The notes under the pieces were generated by a model. The model did not search any database and was not told where the DNA came from. It saw nothing but the letters and a program-made list of their open reading frames with translations. A stretch of DNA of 64,000 nt, taken from the IMG/VR virus record IMGVR_UViG_3300042261_002385, positions 62,001-126,000 of that record; one strand, 5' to 3'. This document shows positions 23,760 to 34,855 of this stretch, one piece after another (positions within the stretch are counted from its first letter, which is position 1; every line of letters begins with the position of its first letter). The translations under genes were made by a program, and so were the position numbers.

Positions 23760-26700
23760 ATGGCTACATATTCTACAGTTCAAAGTACATTTCCTAAAGT
23801 AGCAGAACAGATAATTAACTATAATAAAAACATTGTTGATATATTAACAAATTTATCTAAAATAAGTGAGACACAAGACACAGTGATAAGTTTTACTGTA
23901 GCGGATGAAAACGGAGTTTCTCGCTCTTACACTATGCCTTCTCTTTTAGGAATACAAAAGGAACTACAAAGATTGGATAATAACATCAAATCTCTTTACT
24001 CGATTGACGCATCTGGTTCATTAGTTAGAACAGAAGGTTCGAATGCCTTTAAGAAAATAATTACTGTAGATTTAAATAGAGAACCTCAAGATATAGGTGT
24101 TCTCACATCTGTAGCAAAATTCAAACAATCACCAAACTGGTTTTTTGATTCACTATTAAATCCATTACTTTCAGTTGAATTTGACTTAACTGGAATAGAT
24201 GATAATGTTAGAAAAATTCAGAGCAGAAGGTATATAGTAGACTTCGCAAAAAATTCAGATGGAACACTAACGACATTAGGTCAATCGGCCTTAAATTCTT
24301 TTAATGATAATTTTATAGGAAAAGCTACGGGAGCCGGTGATTTATCTAGTTTTTTGAACTGGCATAGAACTACTCCTGGAGTTGTAGAACCAAATAATCC
24401 AAGATATGATGAACAGATTTTTGACTGTGAGCCAAATAGTGTTCAATTTGACGGACTGTTTGATGTTTTGAAAATGGACGAAGATAGAATCAATAGAAAA
24501 TTATTTATAGTTTTAAATAAACTAGAATATAGGGATATTTTAAGTAACAGTTCAAGAAATTTAGCTATAGGTGATGAAGTTGTTGTAAATACAATTGGTC
24601 AAAATTCAAAAGCATCTACTCGATATAAAATAATTGAGATAAATACCAACTCGTATGGTGATGGAGCAGGTGTTAGAATGGAGAGACTTGATGGATTCGA
24701 TCCTATAACTACAGGGATTGGAACTTTAAAATTATACTCACCAGTGATTTATTCTAAGAAAGTTAGAATTAGTATAGGTTATGATGAAAGAAACGTTGTT
24801 TTTCTTAAACCTGTAAATGCCGATTCAAACATCGTGGCAAAAAATTGGAGTAGAGGCACTGCCTTCTATACTAATGATTTATTATTAGAAGACTCATCTG
24901 ATGCTAATGGAACTTCTTTACAACAATTTTATATAGACTATGTTTATGATTATGGAACAGTCCTTAAAGATTTAGTTGCCAAGAAAATACCTAATACTTT
25001 AGCGGGACAACCAAATATTGTTACTCTAAATCCCGACAACTTTAAAGTAGTTCAAATTAATCAACATCTTACTGATACACCAGATGCTAATTTGATAAAA
25101 CAAAAACATAATATTCAACTAAACTTAAAATCAGAAATCGAACAACTGCAAAGTGCGATTTCTGATAGAGGAAAAAAACTCAAAGTTTCTAAATTCAAAT
25201 CTATCTCTGAGAAAAAGAAATTTGACATTGAAATAGACGACTTGCAGCTAAAAAGAGAAAGCAAAGCTAAACAATTAGCTACTATTGCACAAGAGATAAT
25301 TAACATTTCTAATAATCCTAACTCAAAAGTCGAACCAAAGTTTAGACTAAGAGGTTTTTGGTCGATTCCAGAGTCTGTAGCTACAAGAGGAACTAAACCT
25401 CAAGAAATTGTTCAGTTTAGAGTTCAATATAAGTATGTCTCTAAAGATGGAAAAGAAACTCCGGTTGAAACATTCCAAGTTGACAGTGCTAACAATAAAG
25501 CTAGTTTCTCTAACTGGGAAGAATTCAAAACAGATGCTAGAAAAAGAGTGTTTGATTCTACAACTGGTGAGTATAGTTGGCAGATGGAAGATGTCGCTGA
25601 TGCTGACACACCAAATATTAACCAAATTGATATACCAATTCAACAAAATGAAACTGTTCAGTTTAGAGTAAAAGCTATTTCTGAAGTTGGTTGGCCTGAC
25701 TCCGCTGTTGAGTCAGAGTGGTCGGAAATTCTATCTATTGAATTCCCTGATGATTTAAACAATGTTTATCAAGAAAATGACATCAATGCAATCCTTCAGT
25801 CAGCAACTAAAGAAGAACTTAAAGTAACAATGTCTAATGAGCTTACTGCTAAAGGATTAGATGAACATTTAGCTGACCAAATTACTGTAGAAGGTAAGGT
25901 TTACCTACACGATAGTGAATCAATACTATCAGGATTCAAAGATGAAAATGGACAATCATTAGATCTATACGAGTATCTACAGAGTCTTCAGAATAGAATT
26001 AAAAGTTTAGAAGATAGAATTAATAGAGTTAAAGGAGAACTCGAAGTTATTGTATTTAGAAATAATCAAGAGTTTGCTATTTCTAATGGTTCAGAAACTG
26101 TATTTAATGTAGAGTGTGAAGACTACTTAGAATCATTTACAGCACAAGGAGTTCCAACTGGTAGAGTTTATGAAAACAACATTTATGTTATTAAAGACTT
26201 TGTGGTTCGCATAAGAAATAAATCGACATCACCACTTGGTTTATTATCTAATAGAACATATTTACAAAATTCAGCTGTTTATAACACAGCGGTTCCTCAA
26301 TGTTTCTGGGTAAATGATAAAGATGAGCTTATGACTTCTGATATCTCAGGTTCTACAAAAACTCAAATTAACTATCAATTTGTTTGGTCGGTCAACTATG
26401 ATTCTGTTTCCGATACTACAGTAACTAAATTATCCGAGAATGTAGGTAATGCCTTTACAACCAATAATTCAATTACTGGAGTGTTATCTTCTAATGAATT
26501 CAATGTAGGATATAATGAAACAAACGTTCTTAACTTTATTGGAAATAATCTATCTCTATTAGAGCCTATAAAATGGATTGATAATTCAACATCTGTAGCG
26601 TCAACTACAAAGTTATTAACAACAATACATCCAGTTGTTCAAGATTTAGAAAAAATAACTGAAACTAATAGTGACAAAGTAAAAACTATAAATACTGGTG

Positions 26701-26957
26701 AACAAAATGATATTATAGTTCCAATTAATATTTACTTTAAATTAAATGCTTTAGACACTAATCAACAAGGTCTAAACTACCAATATGTAAATTTAAATAA
26801 TTCAACTAAGACTGTGAAACACATTAAGAAAATCAAATTCTTCTTAGAAAATGAATCTGAAAATAGACCGTTTACATTTAGTTTGAAATTTAATATCAAT
26901 AGAAATAAAGTAATTATGAAAAAAATTACCCCGGCATTAAATACACAAATTAAATAA
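23760..26957 (+). CDS. Large putative virion protein with coiled coils and an FN3-like segment
   Basis: 1065 aa, first gene of a cluster of large ORFs. Confidence 0.55.
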   Translation: MATYSTVQSTFPKVAEQIINYNKNIVDILTNLSKISETQDTVISFTVADENGVSRSYTMPSLLGIQKELQRLDNNIKSLYSIDASGSLVRTEGSNAFKKIITVDLNREPQDIGVLTSVAKFKQSPNWFFDSLLNPLLSVEFDLTGIDDNVRKIQSRRYIVDFAKNSDGTLTTLGQSALNSFNDNFIGKATGAGDLSSFLNWHRTTPGVVEPNNPRYDEQIFDCEPNSVQFDGLFDVLKMDEDRINRKLFIVLNKLEYRDILSNSSRNLAIGDEVVVNTIGQNSKASTRYKIIEINTNSYGDGAGVRMERLDGFDPITTGIGTLKLYSPVIYSKKVRISIGYDERNVVFLKPVNADSNIVAKNWSRGTAFYTNDLLLEDSSDANGTSLQQFYIDYVYDYGTVLKDLVAKKIPNTLAGQPNIVTLNPDNFKVVQINQHLTDTPDANLIKQKHNIQLNLKSEIEQLQSAISDRGKKLKVSKFKSISEKKKFDIEIDDLQLKRESKAKQLATIAQEIINISNNPNSKVEPKFRLRGFWSIPESVATRGTKPQEIVQFRVQYKYVSKDGKETPVETFQVDSANNKASFSNWEEFKTDARKRVFDSTTGEYSWQMEDVADADTPNINQIDIPIQQNETVQFRVKAISEVGWPDSAVESEWSEILSIEFPDDLNNVYQENDINAILQSATKEELKVTMSNELTAKGLDEHLADQITVEGKVYLHDSESILSGFKDENGQSLDLYEYLQSLQNRIKSLEDRINRVKGELEVIVFRNNQEFAISNGSETVFNVECEDYLESFTAQGVPTGRVYENNIYVIKDFVVRIRNKSTSPLGLLSNRTYLQNSAVYNTAVPQCFWVNDKDELMTSDISGSTKTQINYQFVWSVNYDSVSDTTVTKLSENVGNAFTTNNSITGVLSSNEFNVGYNETNVLNFIGNNLSLLEPIKWIDNSTSVASTTKLLTTIHPVVQDLEKITETNSDKVKTINTGEQNDIIVPINIYFKLNALDTNQQGLNYQYVNLNNSTKTVKHIKKIKFFLENESENRPFTFSLKFNINRNKVIMKKITPALNTQIK

Positions 26958-29900
26958 TGAGAAGTTTTGCAATACTTAGAACTAATGTTGGATTAACAAC
27001 CAATGTCAAAGTTATGGTTGACTCAACCTACAATTTGAGTCTATCAAGTATTGAGTCTAACTCTGAGTTGTCTTTAGATAGATATAGAAAACTATCGTTT
27101 ACCAAAAATAACTTTTACGACGAATTAGTTCCTTATTTCTTTAAAAACACACCATCTGATATAGCTTATCAAATTAAATACGATAGAGACGTTGATAATA
27201 TGTCAAATGATTTTAAAGACCAGTATGATGAAATATATCAATATGGCGCTAGAAATATAATTGCAAACAAAAGTTATACAGAAGAATTTGAGTATTTTGC
27301 ACCGCTTTATTTAGACAAAAATCACATTCCAAAAAATTTCATAATTTTCAGAGTTGATGGACCCGGTATGGATTTGTTAACAAAAGAAAACTTTACTAAC
27401 CAGATAACAAATAATTTTAAAACTGTTAAAATCTTTGACCTAAGTCTCTCTACAAATGTTGGTCAGTGGATTGATAGAAATTTCATTAGAAATGAATACT
27501 ATCCAGAAACACCTTTAGAAATGGATTTTAGAGAGCTAGAGTTCTGTAAGTGGAATGGTATCGATTACGAATCTGGAGGTTACACATCTAAATCTTATTT
27601 TATCGATGATTTTTTAGAAGAAGAAAAAGAAATATTTGAATTTGAAAAATTTATACTTGACTCTTACAAGAGCAATAAAGTAATTTTTTCTAATATAATT
27701 AATTTTTCTTTTCTATTTGATGACGAGCCATCTAATCCAGATGTTAAAAGAAAATGGTCATTAAATAGATATTATGGATTTTATTTAGATAGTATAGAAA
27801 AGAACTCAACTATTTCGCCTTACATAACACCGTTCTTAAGACAAGACGTTGAGATTTTAGAAGGTAACGTGATTTATTCACCTTCAAACACAGATCCATT
27901 TGTAGAAGGTTTTTCAGAAAAAAGGCCGTTTTATGTAGAGTATAATGGTGAATACTATAAAGTTGAGAAGTACTTAGAGACACTAACTAACCAGTTAATG
28001 CTCGTTCCGGAAAGTTCTGGTCTTGTTGTAGAACAATATGCAAATGTTAGTCAAGAAAAATTCAAAATTATATCAGACGTAAATTTATCCGGTAAACAAT
28101 CGGATTTAAATAAAAATTATGGTAGAATTGATTCACAAAACTTTCTAATAGACTATAATAATAACTATATCACAATTGACGATTTTTCAGAATGGTCAGT
28201 CTGGTTGATTGAAATAGATGGAGTATATCATAATTTAATTTTGACTGACGGTAAATTGAAAGTAAACACAGATTATTCTTTCACATTTTCGGAAAACAGT
28301 TTTAGTTATAAAGTAGCTGGTGAAATCAAAGAAGTCAGTTTTGTTGTAGATTTTGTCAATCAACCAAAAAAGTTTACAATCTACAAAACAAATTTCACGG
28401 ACATAAAAGATTTTGACACGAAAATTCTTGACACAGAATATTCAAAGTTTGAATATGAGAAACAAGACGAACTAACATTAACAGATGAAACTAAAATGTA
28501 TGTAGAAAATTTAAATACGTCTGGTGATCCAAAAGACTATGATGATTATATTTATAAAGGTGAAGTTGTAAATATCCCAGTGTCATCTGAATACACAGCT
28601 AACTACGAAACTTTTAAAATAATTGCTAGTCCAGATCAAAGATTTGGTGGTGATAAAAATGAACTTTCTAGTATATGGAGAAAAAATCCAGTATACTGCA
28701 GATGGTCTTACCAAAATTCACTATCTGCAAATGATTATCCTTACTGTCTAAATAACTCTAATCTATTCGAAGATTTTAATAGAACAACTAATGTATTTGA
28801 TCCTAATCCTTCAAGAATAGAAAGAAATTTAGATTACTTTTATTCTATAAATTCTTCAACTAGTTCCTACACACATCATAGTCTACACATTGAGGGATTC
28901 AATGATGATTATTCTTTAAATACTAATTTTAATTTTGAATTAGATAAGTATCTAAACTTAGCAACTTATTCTGTTGGAACAAATTCTTTTGCGACTTATT
29001 CTTTAGACTACTTTTCTGATTTCTTTTACATAAAACAAAGATTTCAAAACAACGATATTATTAAAAATGTTAAAAAATTCTCAGAATTTAATAAAGGAGA
29101 TGTCTCTCTACCGAATGTTTCATTATTTAGAGGTTTAAAACTATATTTATATGATGTTGAAAGTATTGACACAAACTCAAATGGAGAAATAAATACAATC
29201 AATTTATCTTCAAATAATAATTATGACAATTATAAATTTTCAATATTATTATCAGATAACGATAGTTCTGTGAATTTTGAAGGCCAAATCGAAAATTCTA
29301 CAAATTTGATGGAATGGGAAATTATAAAAGAGTGGGAGATGGATAAATTGTATGCTACTGGTTCAATAATTATTTTTAATGATATATTGTATCAAGCACA
29401 AAATCAATCAATTACGGAAAACCCAACAGATTCTACAATAGGAACCAATGTGAAGACAGCACCATACACATCATTAGATTGGTCTTTTTTAGAGGTATCA
29501 TCAAATAACCCACTTGGAACTAACTCAATATTCTGGTCTCCTGTGGCTAGTTTTACAGCTAGTGACATTGTGTATAATAATGAAGAATGGTACTATTATG
29601 ATATATCAGGAACTGATGATTTTTGGGATCCAAGTTTTGCAGTGGTCACAGGATATTCTCAAAATGATGTCGTTTTGTTCAAAGGAAAATATTACAAATC
29701 TAATGTAAATAATAACAAATGGTCACCTGATTTCAAAATACCATCGTTCTCTTTCACAGTTGGTTCACCAGTTACAGTCACAATGAAATGGCAAGCAACT
29801 ACAGCATCAACAAGTCCTAAATGGAGACCAGTTGAGCTGTGGAATCCTATATCATCTTACTCTACTAATAAAATTATAGTTCACAATGATATTGTGTGGA

Positions 29901-31003
29901 TAAGTTCACTCATTATTTCTCCAAGTGTCGGAGACGAACCTGGAATTAGTGAAAACTGGACAAAAAAATACAGTCTGATACCAGACACAGATTTTGCATA
30001 CAATAAAGACAACAATCCAATAATTCAAATGAATGATGCCTACTACTTGTGTAAATCAAATACAACAGGATCCACTTTAGATAATGGTATAGTAGTATAT
30101 GTTAATAAAAAATGGAAAAACATATTAGTAAATATCAACGTTTCAGACAATACTCTTCCGTATTTAAGAAATGCGGATAGAGATAACTTATACCAGGAAC
30201 TTTTCAAAAAACTGACAGCTTTTAATTTTTCAAATTGCATAAATGATATTTCAAATAAATATGGATTTACTGATTACATTTCATATGTTATTATTAATGC
30301 CGATGGAACGATAACTAAACACAATTATCAAAACAATATTGAAGGTTTACCTTGTTTACTAAAAGTTGAAGAACCAGAGGAGTTCAGAGTTAAAATAAAC
30401 TCTTTGACTATTAAACCTTTAGAAAATTCTAAGAAACTACAATCTAAGAGAAAATTAGTGAACGGAACAATCAGAAATTTAGACCAGATAAACTGGTATA
30501 ATGATTTACCACTTGCTGCCGATATAAGGGTTAATAAAGAAGAAAGAAAAGTAGTAAATAATAAACATGGTCAAAAAAATTATACTACAAATATATTATA
30601 CAGGCACAATGGATATTACATGCCTACTTTTTATGATATTCAGTTATTTGATAAGACACTAAATGGCATCACTGAGAACACTAAATTTGACACAAGTCTT
30701 ACAGATTTCGGATTGATGAAAGAAAGAAAAATATCAAAAATAAATAGAAAAGGATCAATTTTAAAACTAAGAAATGAAGAGGACATAAAATCAATATATC
30801 CAATGTTAGACGAATTTGGTTATACTACTAGAGACTTCTTTATTTTTTCATCTACTTGGGACTTTCAGTATCACTGGGAGACAATCAATCTGAATTTGAA
30901 ACCTAAGTTTAACATTGAATTCCCAGCTATTCAAAGTTCTATTAGAGAAAATTTTGGACAACCGTTAGATTACAAAAAAAATAACGAAAACTATAACCTA
31001 TAA
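26957..31003 (+). CDS. Large putative virion protein with Trp/Tyr carbohydrate-binding-like repeats
   Basis: 1348 aa; repeated W....Y....I(V/I).(F/Y/H)N...(Y/W) units. Confidence 0.55.
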   Translation: MRSFAILRTNVGLTTNVKVMVDSTYNLSLSSIESNSELSLDRYRKLSFTKNNFYDELVPYFFKNTPSDIAYQIKYDRDVDNMSNDFKDQYDEIYQYGARNIIANKSYTEEFEYFAPLYLDKNHIPKNFIIFRVDGPGMDLLTKENFTNQITNNFKTVKIFDLSLSTNVGQWIDRNFIRNEYYPETPLEMDFRELEFCKWNGIDYESGGYTSKSYFIDDFLEEEKEIFEFEKFILDSYKSNKVIFSNIINFSFLFDDEPSNPDVKRKWSLNRYYGFYLDSIEKNSTISPYITPFLRQDVEILEGNVIYSPSNTDPFVEGFSEKRPFYVEYNGEYYKVEKYLETLTNQLMLVPESSGLVVEQYANVSQEKFKIISDVNLSGKQSDLNKNYGRIDSQNFLIDYNNNYITIDDFSEWSVWLIEIDGVYHNLILTDGKLKVNTDYSFTFSENSFSYKVAGEIKEVSFVVDFVNQPKKFTIYKTNFTDIKDFDTKILDTEYSKFEYEKQDELTLTDETKMYVENLNTSGDPKDYDDYIYKGEVVNIPVSSEYTANYETFKIIASPDQRFGGDKNELSSIWRKNPVYCRWSYQNSLSANDYPYCLNNSNLFEDFNRTTNVFDPNPSRIERNLDYFYSINSSTSSYTHHSLHIEGFNDDYSLNTNFNFELDKYLNLATYSVGTNSFATYSLDYFSDFFYIKQRFQNNDIIKNVKKFSEFNKGDVSLPNVSLFRGLKLYLYDVESIDTNSNGEINTINLSSNNNYDNYKFSILLSDNDSSVNFEGQIENSTNLMEWEIIKEWEMDKLYATGSIIIFNDILYQAQNQSITENPTDSTIGTNVKTAPYTSLDWSFLEVSSNNPLGTNSIFWSPVASFTASDIVYNNEEWYYYDISGTDDFWDPSFAVVTGYSQNDVVLFKGKYYKSNVNNNKWSPDFKIPSFSFTVGSPVTVTMKWQATTASTSPKWRPVELWNPISSYSTNKIIVHNDIVWISSLIISPSVGDEPGISENWTKKYSLIPDTDFAYNKDNNPIIQMNDAYYLCKSNTTGSTLDNGIVVYVNKKWKNILVNINVSDNTLPYLRNADRDNLYQELFKKLTAFNFSNCINDISNKYGFTDYISYVIINADGTITKHNYQNNIEGLPCLLKVEEPEEFRVKINSLTIKPLENSKKLQSKRKLVNGTIRNLDQINWYNDLPLAADIRVNKEERKVVNNKHGQKNYTTNILYRHNGYYMPTFYDIQLFDKTLNGITENTKFDTSLTDFGLMKERKISKINRKGSILKLRNEEDIKSIYPMLDEFGYTTRDFFIFSSTWDFQYHWETINLNLKPKFNIEFPAIQSSIRENFGQPLDYKKNNENYNL

Positions 31004-31004
31004 T

Positions 31005-31694
31005 ATGAGAAGACATTACATATCGCCAGAATATAATAGTATAAGAGTATATGGAAGCTTCAACATGGTTGAGGAGAGTAATTTTTTTGGTTCAAAGATG
31101 CTCGAAATAGAAGACTCTTTTTCAATCACAAATCAAGAAATTATTTACTATCAGAATGCAAATGGAGAACAACTAGATTTCTCAATAGAATCATCTCTTC
31201 AATCTTTAAACTATTCAGCAATAACAGATAAGCAACAAAATCATACACTGGTCATTGATGAATCACAACCACTTTATCAGAAAACAGAAAATACTAGATG
31301 GATATTGACAATAGATTTAGAAAAAATAATAAAAAATTATATTTTCGCTAACTTAAAAAAATTCAGAACATTTGAAGGTGTAAAAAAAGAGCTGACTTTA
31401 TATGATGATATAAATGTAGCTATAAAAAAATACATAGATTTTAATGTTTACGATAGATATAAAGTTCAGTCTATAGATTTATATGTTAGTTATCAGTCTT
31501 TGAGAAATCAAAATATACTAAGATTGAAAAATAACTGGAATAAAAATATAACAATATCAGAAAACCTTTTAACAAAAGTTCAAACCGAATATTCAACAAA
31601 TAATTCAACAGCTAGATTGATATTCAATCAAGAAAAGCCAAGTCAAGAGTTCTCATATGATTATTTTTTTAATGTAAATCTGCTAAAACTTTAA
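31005..31694 (+). CDS. Hypothetical protein, likely structural
   Basis: Closely follows the upstream large genes. Confidence 0.6.
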   Translation: MRRHYISPEYNSIRVYGSFNMVEESNFFGSKMLEIEDSFSITNQEIIYYQNANGEQLDFSIESSLQSLNYSAITDKQQNHTLVIDESQPLYQKTENTRWILTIDLEKIIKNYIFANLKKFRTFEGVKKELTLYDDINVAIKKYIDFNVYDRYKVQSIDLYVSYQSLRNQNILRLKNNWNKNITISENLLTKVQTEYSTNNSTARLIFNQEKPSQEFSYDYFFNVNLLKL

Positions 31695-31716
31695 CAACTT
31701 TGTTTATATAAACTCT

Positions 31717-32106
31717 ATGAGTGATAGAACACAGAGAAATCTCATTACATTACTAAAACTATTTAAAAACAGACCATACCATTTATCTAAATATCTTTTA
31801 GATAACTCAGCTTTTAATAAAGAATTTTTAAAAAAAATTGATAAAAGTTTCAAACTTAACGAGTTATCAAATAAATACTCTAACTTGGACTTAGATAGCT
31901 TTAGTAGTTTGACACAGATGGATGATTTTTACAATAGCCTTTTGGAAGAAATGCATGAAATAGTAATTCGTGATAAGTCGGTAGATTTAACAAAGTCTCT
32001 AAACGAAAGGCTTGATTTTTTAATCAAAGATGAAAAATACGAAGAGGCCGCTGCAATTCGAGACTATATGGTTCAATTAGGAATAAAAAGAAGGCCTAAT
32101 TTATAA
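31717..32106 (+). CDS. UVR (UvrB/UvrC motif) domain protein
   Basis: LDFLIKDEKYEEAAAIRD. Confidence 0.7.
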   Translation: MSDRTQRNLITLLKLFKNRPYHLSKYLLDNSAFNKEFLKKIDKSFKLNELSNKYSNLDLDSFSSLTQMDDFYNSLLEEMHEIVIRDKSVDLTKSLNERLDFLIKDEKYEEAAAIRDYMVQLGIKRRPNL

Positions 32107-32156
32107 ACTTTAATATTAATTAGTAATAGAATTTTTAACTTTTAAATAAAAAAAAT

Positions 32157-33233
32157 ATGATACAAACAATCGGAAACCCAGAATTAGAGTTCTTATTTGA
32201 GGAGGACTCTTTCAGAACGAAGAAAAAATCTCAAAAAGAGGTAGAACTTTCCAAACTCTACGAATCAACATTTGTTGAAATGCCACAAGTTGGTCAAATC
32301 ATCAATGCCACCTTTGCTGGTGAAACAAAAAACAGCTTCATTTTCACAAAACCAGGATATAAAGACGATATCCGAGTTGACAATAGACTTTCTGAAGCTA
32401 AATATCTTAAAAACTCACAAGTTGGAGACACAGTTGATGTTCTTATCGTTGATATTAATCACGATAATTTTTACATCAAAGGAAGTATTTCTACACTTTA
32501 TGAAAATAGAGCACACCAGACTCTTAAATCTCTTAAAGAAGGAGAATCTGTTATTGCCCACATCAAATCATTGAATCCAGCTGGATATGATGTTGAATTG
32601 ACACACGGAGGTGTTACACTTCCAGGATTTATGCCAAACACACTAGCTGGTATCAATAAACTCTACGACCCTAACTCAATCGTTGGTAGCACTTTTGAAG
32701 TGATGATAGAGTCATATGCTGAACAAGAAGGAACTTACATCGTCAGTAGAAGAAAATATCTACAAACGTTGATTCCTAAAGCAATCAAAGAACTGAATTT
32801 TGAACTGACTTACAGAGGTCACGTTACAGGAACTACACCATTCGGAGTATTTGTTGAGTTTAATGAGTGTCTTACAGGTATGATTCATAAAGCAAATGTT
32901 CATCCTGAGTGGCAGGAAAGATTAAGTGATATCAAACCAGGTTTTGAAATCGAGTTCTATATCAAAGAGATTGTCAAAGAAAAGATTATTCTTACGCAAA
33001 TTCTTAGAGAAACTCTTTGGGATAACATCAAAAATGGTCAAACACTTAAAGGTGTCGTTAAAGATGTTAAACAATTCGGAACTCTTGTAAGTCTTGACGA
33101 TGAAACTGTAGGTCTGATTCACACTTCTGAAATGGAGAAACTCAAAATGAGATTTCAACCAGAACAAGAAGTAAAAGTGAAAGTTCTATCAGTAGACAGA
33201 GCTTCTCGAAAAATTTTCCTCACTGTAGGATAA
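32157..33233 (+). CDS. rpsA: Ribosomal protein bS1-like multi-S1-domain protein
   Basis: About four S1 repeats, e.g. GHVTGTTPFGVFVEF..GMIH and GVVKDVKQFGTLV..GLIHTSE..VKVLSVD. Confidence 0.85.
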   Translation: MIQTIGNPELEFLFEEDSFRTKKKSQKEVELSKLYESTFVEMPQVGQIINATFAGETKNSFIFTKPGYKDDIRVDNRLSEAKYLKNSQVGDTVDVLIVDINHDNFYIKGSISTLYENRAHQTLKSLKEGESVIAHIKSLNPAGYDVELTHGGVTLPGFMPNTLAGINKLYDPNSIVGSTFEVMIESYAEQEGTYIVSRRKYLQTLIPKAIKELNFELTYRGHVTGTTPFGVFVEFNECLTGMIHKANVHPEWQERLSDIKPGFEIEFYIKEIVKEKIILTQILRETLWDNIKNGQTLKGVVKDVKQFGTLVSLDDETVGLIHTSEMEKLKMRFQPEQEVKVKVLSVDRASRKIFLTVG

Positions 33234-33264
33234 AAAAAACCTCAGATTTTTCTGAGGTTTTTTT
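33234..33264 (+). terminator. Intrinsic terminator, bidirectional
   Basis: AAACCTCAGA-TTTT-TCTGAGGTTT with flanking A/T tracts. Confidence 0.8.
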
Positions 33265-33277
33265 TATATATATTAGT

Positions 33278-33769
33278 ATGATATTTACTAAATATAAATT
33301 GTTTATAGAAGCGAGATTATCCGACGTCCTTAATATTAAAGGAAATAGTGATTTAGCAAAACAAATAACAAAAATAAAAGACGCTGAGTTTGATATAAAT
33401 AAAAAATTAGTAAGGTTCATAACACTTAAAAAAAGAGTAAACAATAAAAAAATTCAATTCGAAATTGAATGGAATGACTCAGCTAAACATAATTTAATCA
33501 AAAGGATTCAAGAAAGAACGTCATTTAATAGTGTAGAGGAATTTAATCAATATTTCAAAGCTGAGTTTAATAAGATTTTTCCAGATATGGTTGGTAAAGA
33601 ATTATTGTCAACCGGTCGATATTCACTTTATTCATCTGAGTACAATTTCACAGTTATAATGCATTTTGATTTAGATGAATATTCAGATGGAATTTATGAA
33701 GTAAGAATTATTACTATTTTACCAGGAAAAAAAGGAAATGATGTTGTAAAATTCATTGATATTCTGTAA
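33278..33769 (+). CDS. Hypothetical phage protein
   Basis: ORF. Confidence 0.7.
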   Translation: MIFTKYKLFIEARLSDVLNIKGNSDLAKQITKIKDAEFDINKKLVRFITLKKRVNNKKIQFEIEWNDSAKHNLIKRIQERTSFNSVEEFNQYFKAEFNKIFPDMVGKELLSTGRYSLYSSEYNFTVIMHFDLDEYSDGIYEVRIITILPGKKGNDVVKFIDIL

Positions 33770-33788
33770 AATTATTTTATATTTGTAT

Positions 33789-34037
33789 ATGATTAATTCA
33801 AACTTAGACATCAAAGATAAATTTGTTGAAATGTGTAAACTAATATTTATCAACGGTGATGGAAAATTTGTTTTTCCAGTTGATAACTTATTACATGATG
33901 AAGATTACTCTGATTTTGTTAATCACCAGGACTGGTCTATTTTAGAGTCTAAAATGACAAATCTTATTTCTAAAATAAATAATGACCAAACTATCTTAAA
34001 TAAAGATATCGAAACAGAAATCTGGGAAATGATTTAA
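33789..34037 (+). CDS. Hypothetical protein
   Basis: ATG 3 nt after TATATTTG. Confidence 0.6.
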   Translation: MINSNLDIKDKFVEMCKLIFINGDGKFVFPVDNLLHDEDYSDFVNHQDWSILESKMTNLISKINNDQTILNKDIETEIWEMI

Positions 34038-34038
34038 T

Positions 34039-34314
34039 TCAAAAATTATTCTTCTTTCTCAATTCACAACTTTTTTTAAAACAGTGAATTGAGTTTATAT
34101 CTAAGACAACACCAAAACTTACCCATACACCTACAAAAAGATAGCTGTAGTGATTATTTTTATTATTAATATAGGTTGTATGTGCTACGTAGTAAGGTAA
34201 AATAGAAGCTGTTAGCGATATTGCACCCGCTGTAAAATATTGACGCGATAATTTTGTAGAATCTTGACAGAAAGAGTTAAAACAAATTAGTAAACTCAAT
34301 AAAAATATTTTCAT
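34039..34314 (-). CDS. Small membrane protein
   Basis: Signal peptide plus two hydrophobic segments. Confidence 0.55.
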   Translation of the reverse strand: MKIFLLSLLICFNSFCQDSTKLSRQYFTAGAISLTASILPYYVAHTTYINNKNNHYSYLFVGVWVSFGVVLDINSIHCFKKSCELRKKNNF

Positions 34315-34332
34315 AACTTATATAGCAAAAAT

Positions 34333-34358
34333 AAAACCCTCTGAATCTCAGAGGGTTT
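34333..34358 (-). terminator. Intrinsic terminator
   Basis: AAACCCTCTGA-GAT-TCAGAGGGTTT plus U tract, after the gene ending at 34362. Confidence 0.8.
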
Positions 34359-34361
34359 AAA

Positions 34362-34853
34362 TTAGTCGTGGTCACAATCTGATATATCAACACCAGTTCG
34401 TGTGACTGTTATCTCGGCGTGGTCTCCGAACTTTCTTAAATAGAAATCATTGTCAAATTGTGATAAAAATTCTATAATCTCATTATGAGCGTCAACTAAC
34501 ACTTTATCATAATTTTCATTTTCGACTTCCTCACGTCCTTCATAAACTCTTTGTGTGGAATTCCAGGTTCCCCAATTCGTTACATTTTTTTGATTAAACC
34601 AAATTGAATCTTCAGCGTAATCATCATTTACTTTAATATATTCTGTATTCGCAAAGAATACACATGTATCACCGTCATTAAAATAGGGTGTATATTGTGT
34701 CCATCCAAAAGATTCTAACGTATTATACTTCTCAAAGATGTATCTATAAAAGTCTTCAAAAATTTCAGATGAAAATTTTGTTAACTCGGTGTTTAATTTG
34801 TTAATCTCTTTTTGTCTTTGTTTAAGTTCTTTAAGTTTTTCTGTGAATTCCAT
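34362..34853 (-). CDS. Hypothetical phage protein
   Basis: WTQYTPYFNDGD and FGDH motifs. Confidence 0.7.
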   Translation of the reverse strand: MEFTEKLKELKQRQKEINKLNTELTKFSSEIFEDFYRYIFEKYNTLESFGWTQYTPYFNDGDTCVFFANTEYIKVNDDYAEDSIWFNQKNVTNWGTWNSTQRVYEGREEVENENYDKVLVDAHNEIIEFLSQFDNDFYLRKFGDHAEITVTRTGVDISDCDHD

Positions 34854-34855
34854 AT

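Noticed and set aside
33234-34358. Further attenuators at the hairpins at 33234 and 34333
   Set aside because: Both directly follow full-length genes and have no leader ORF or antiterminator copy; they are ordinary terminators.
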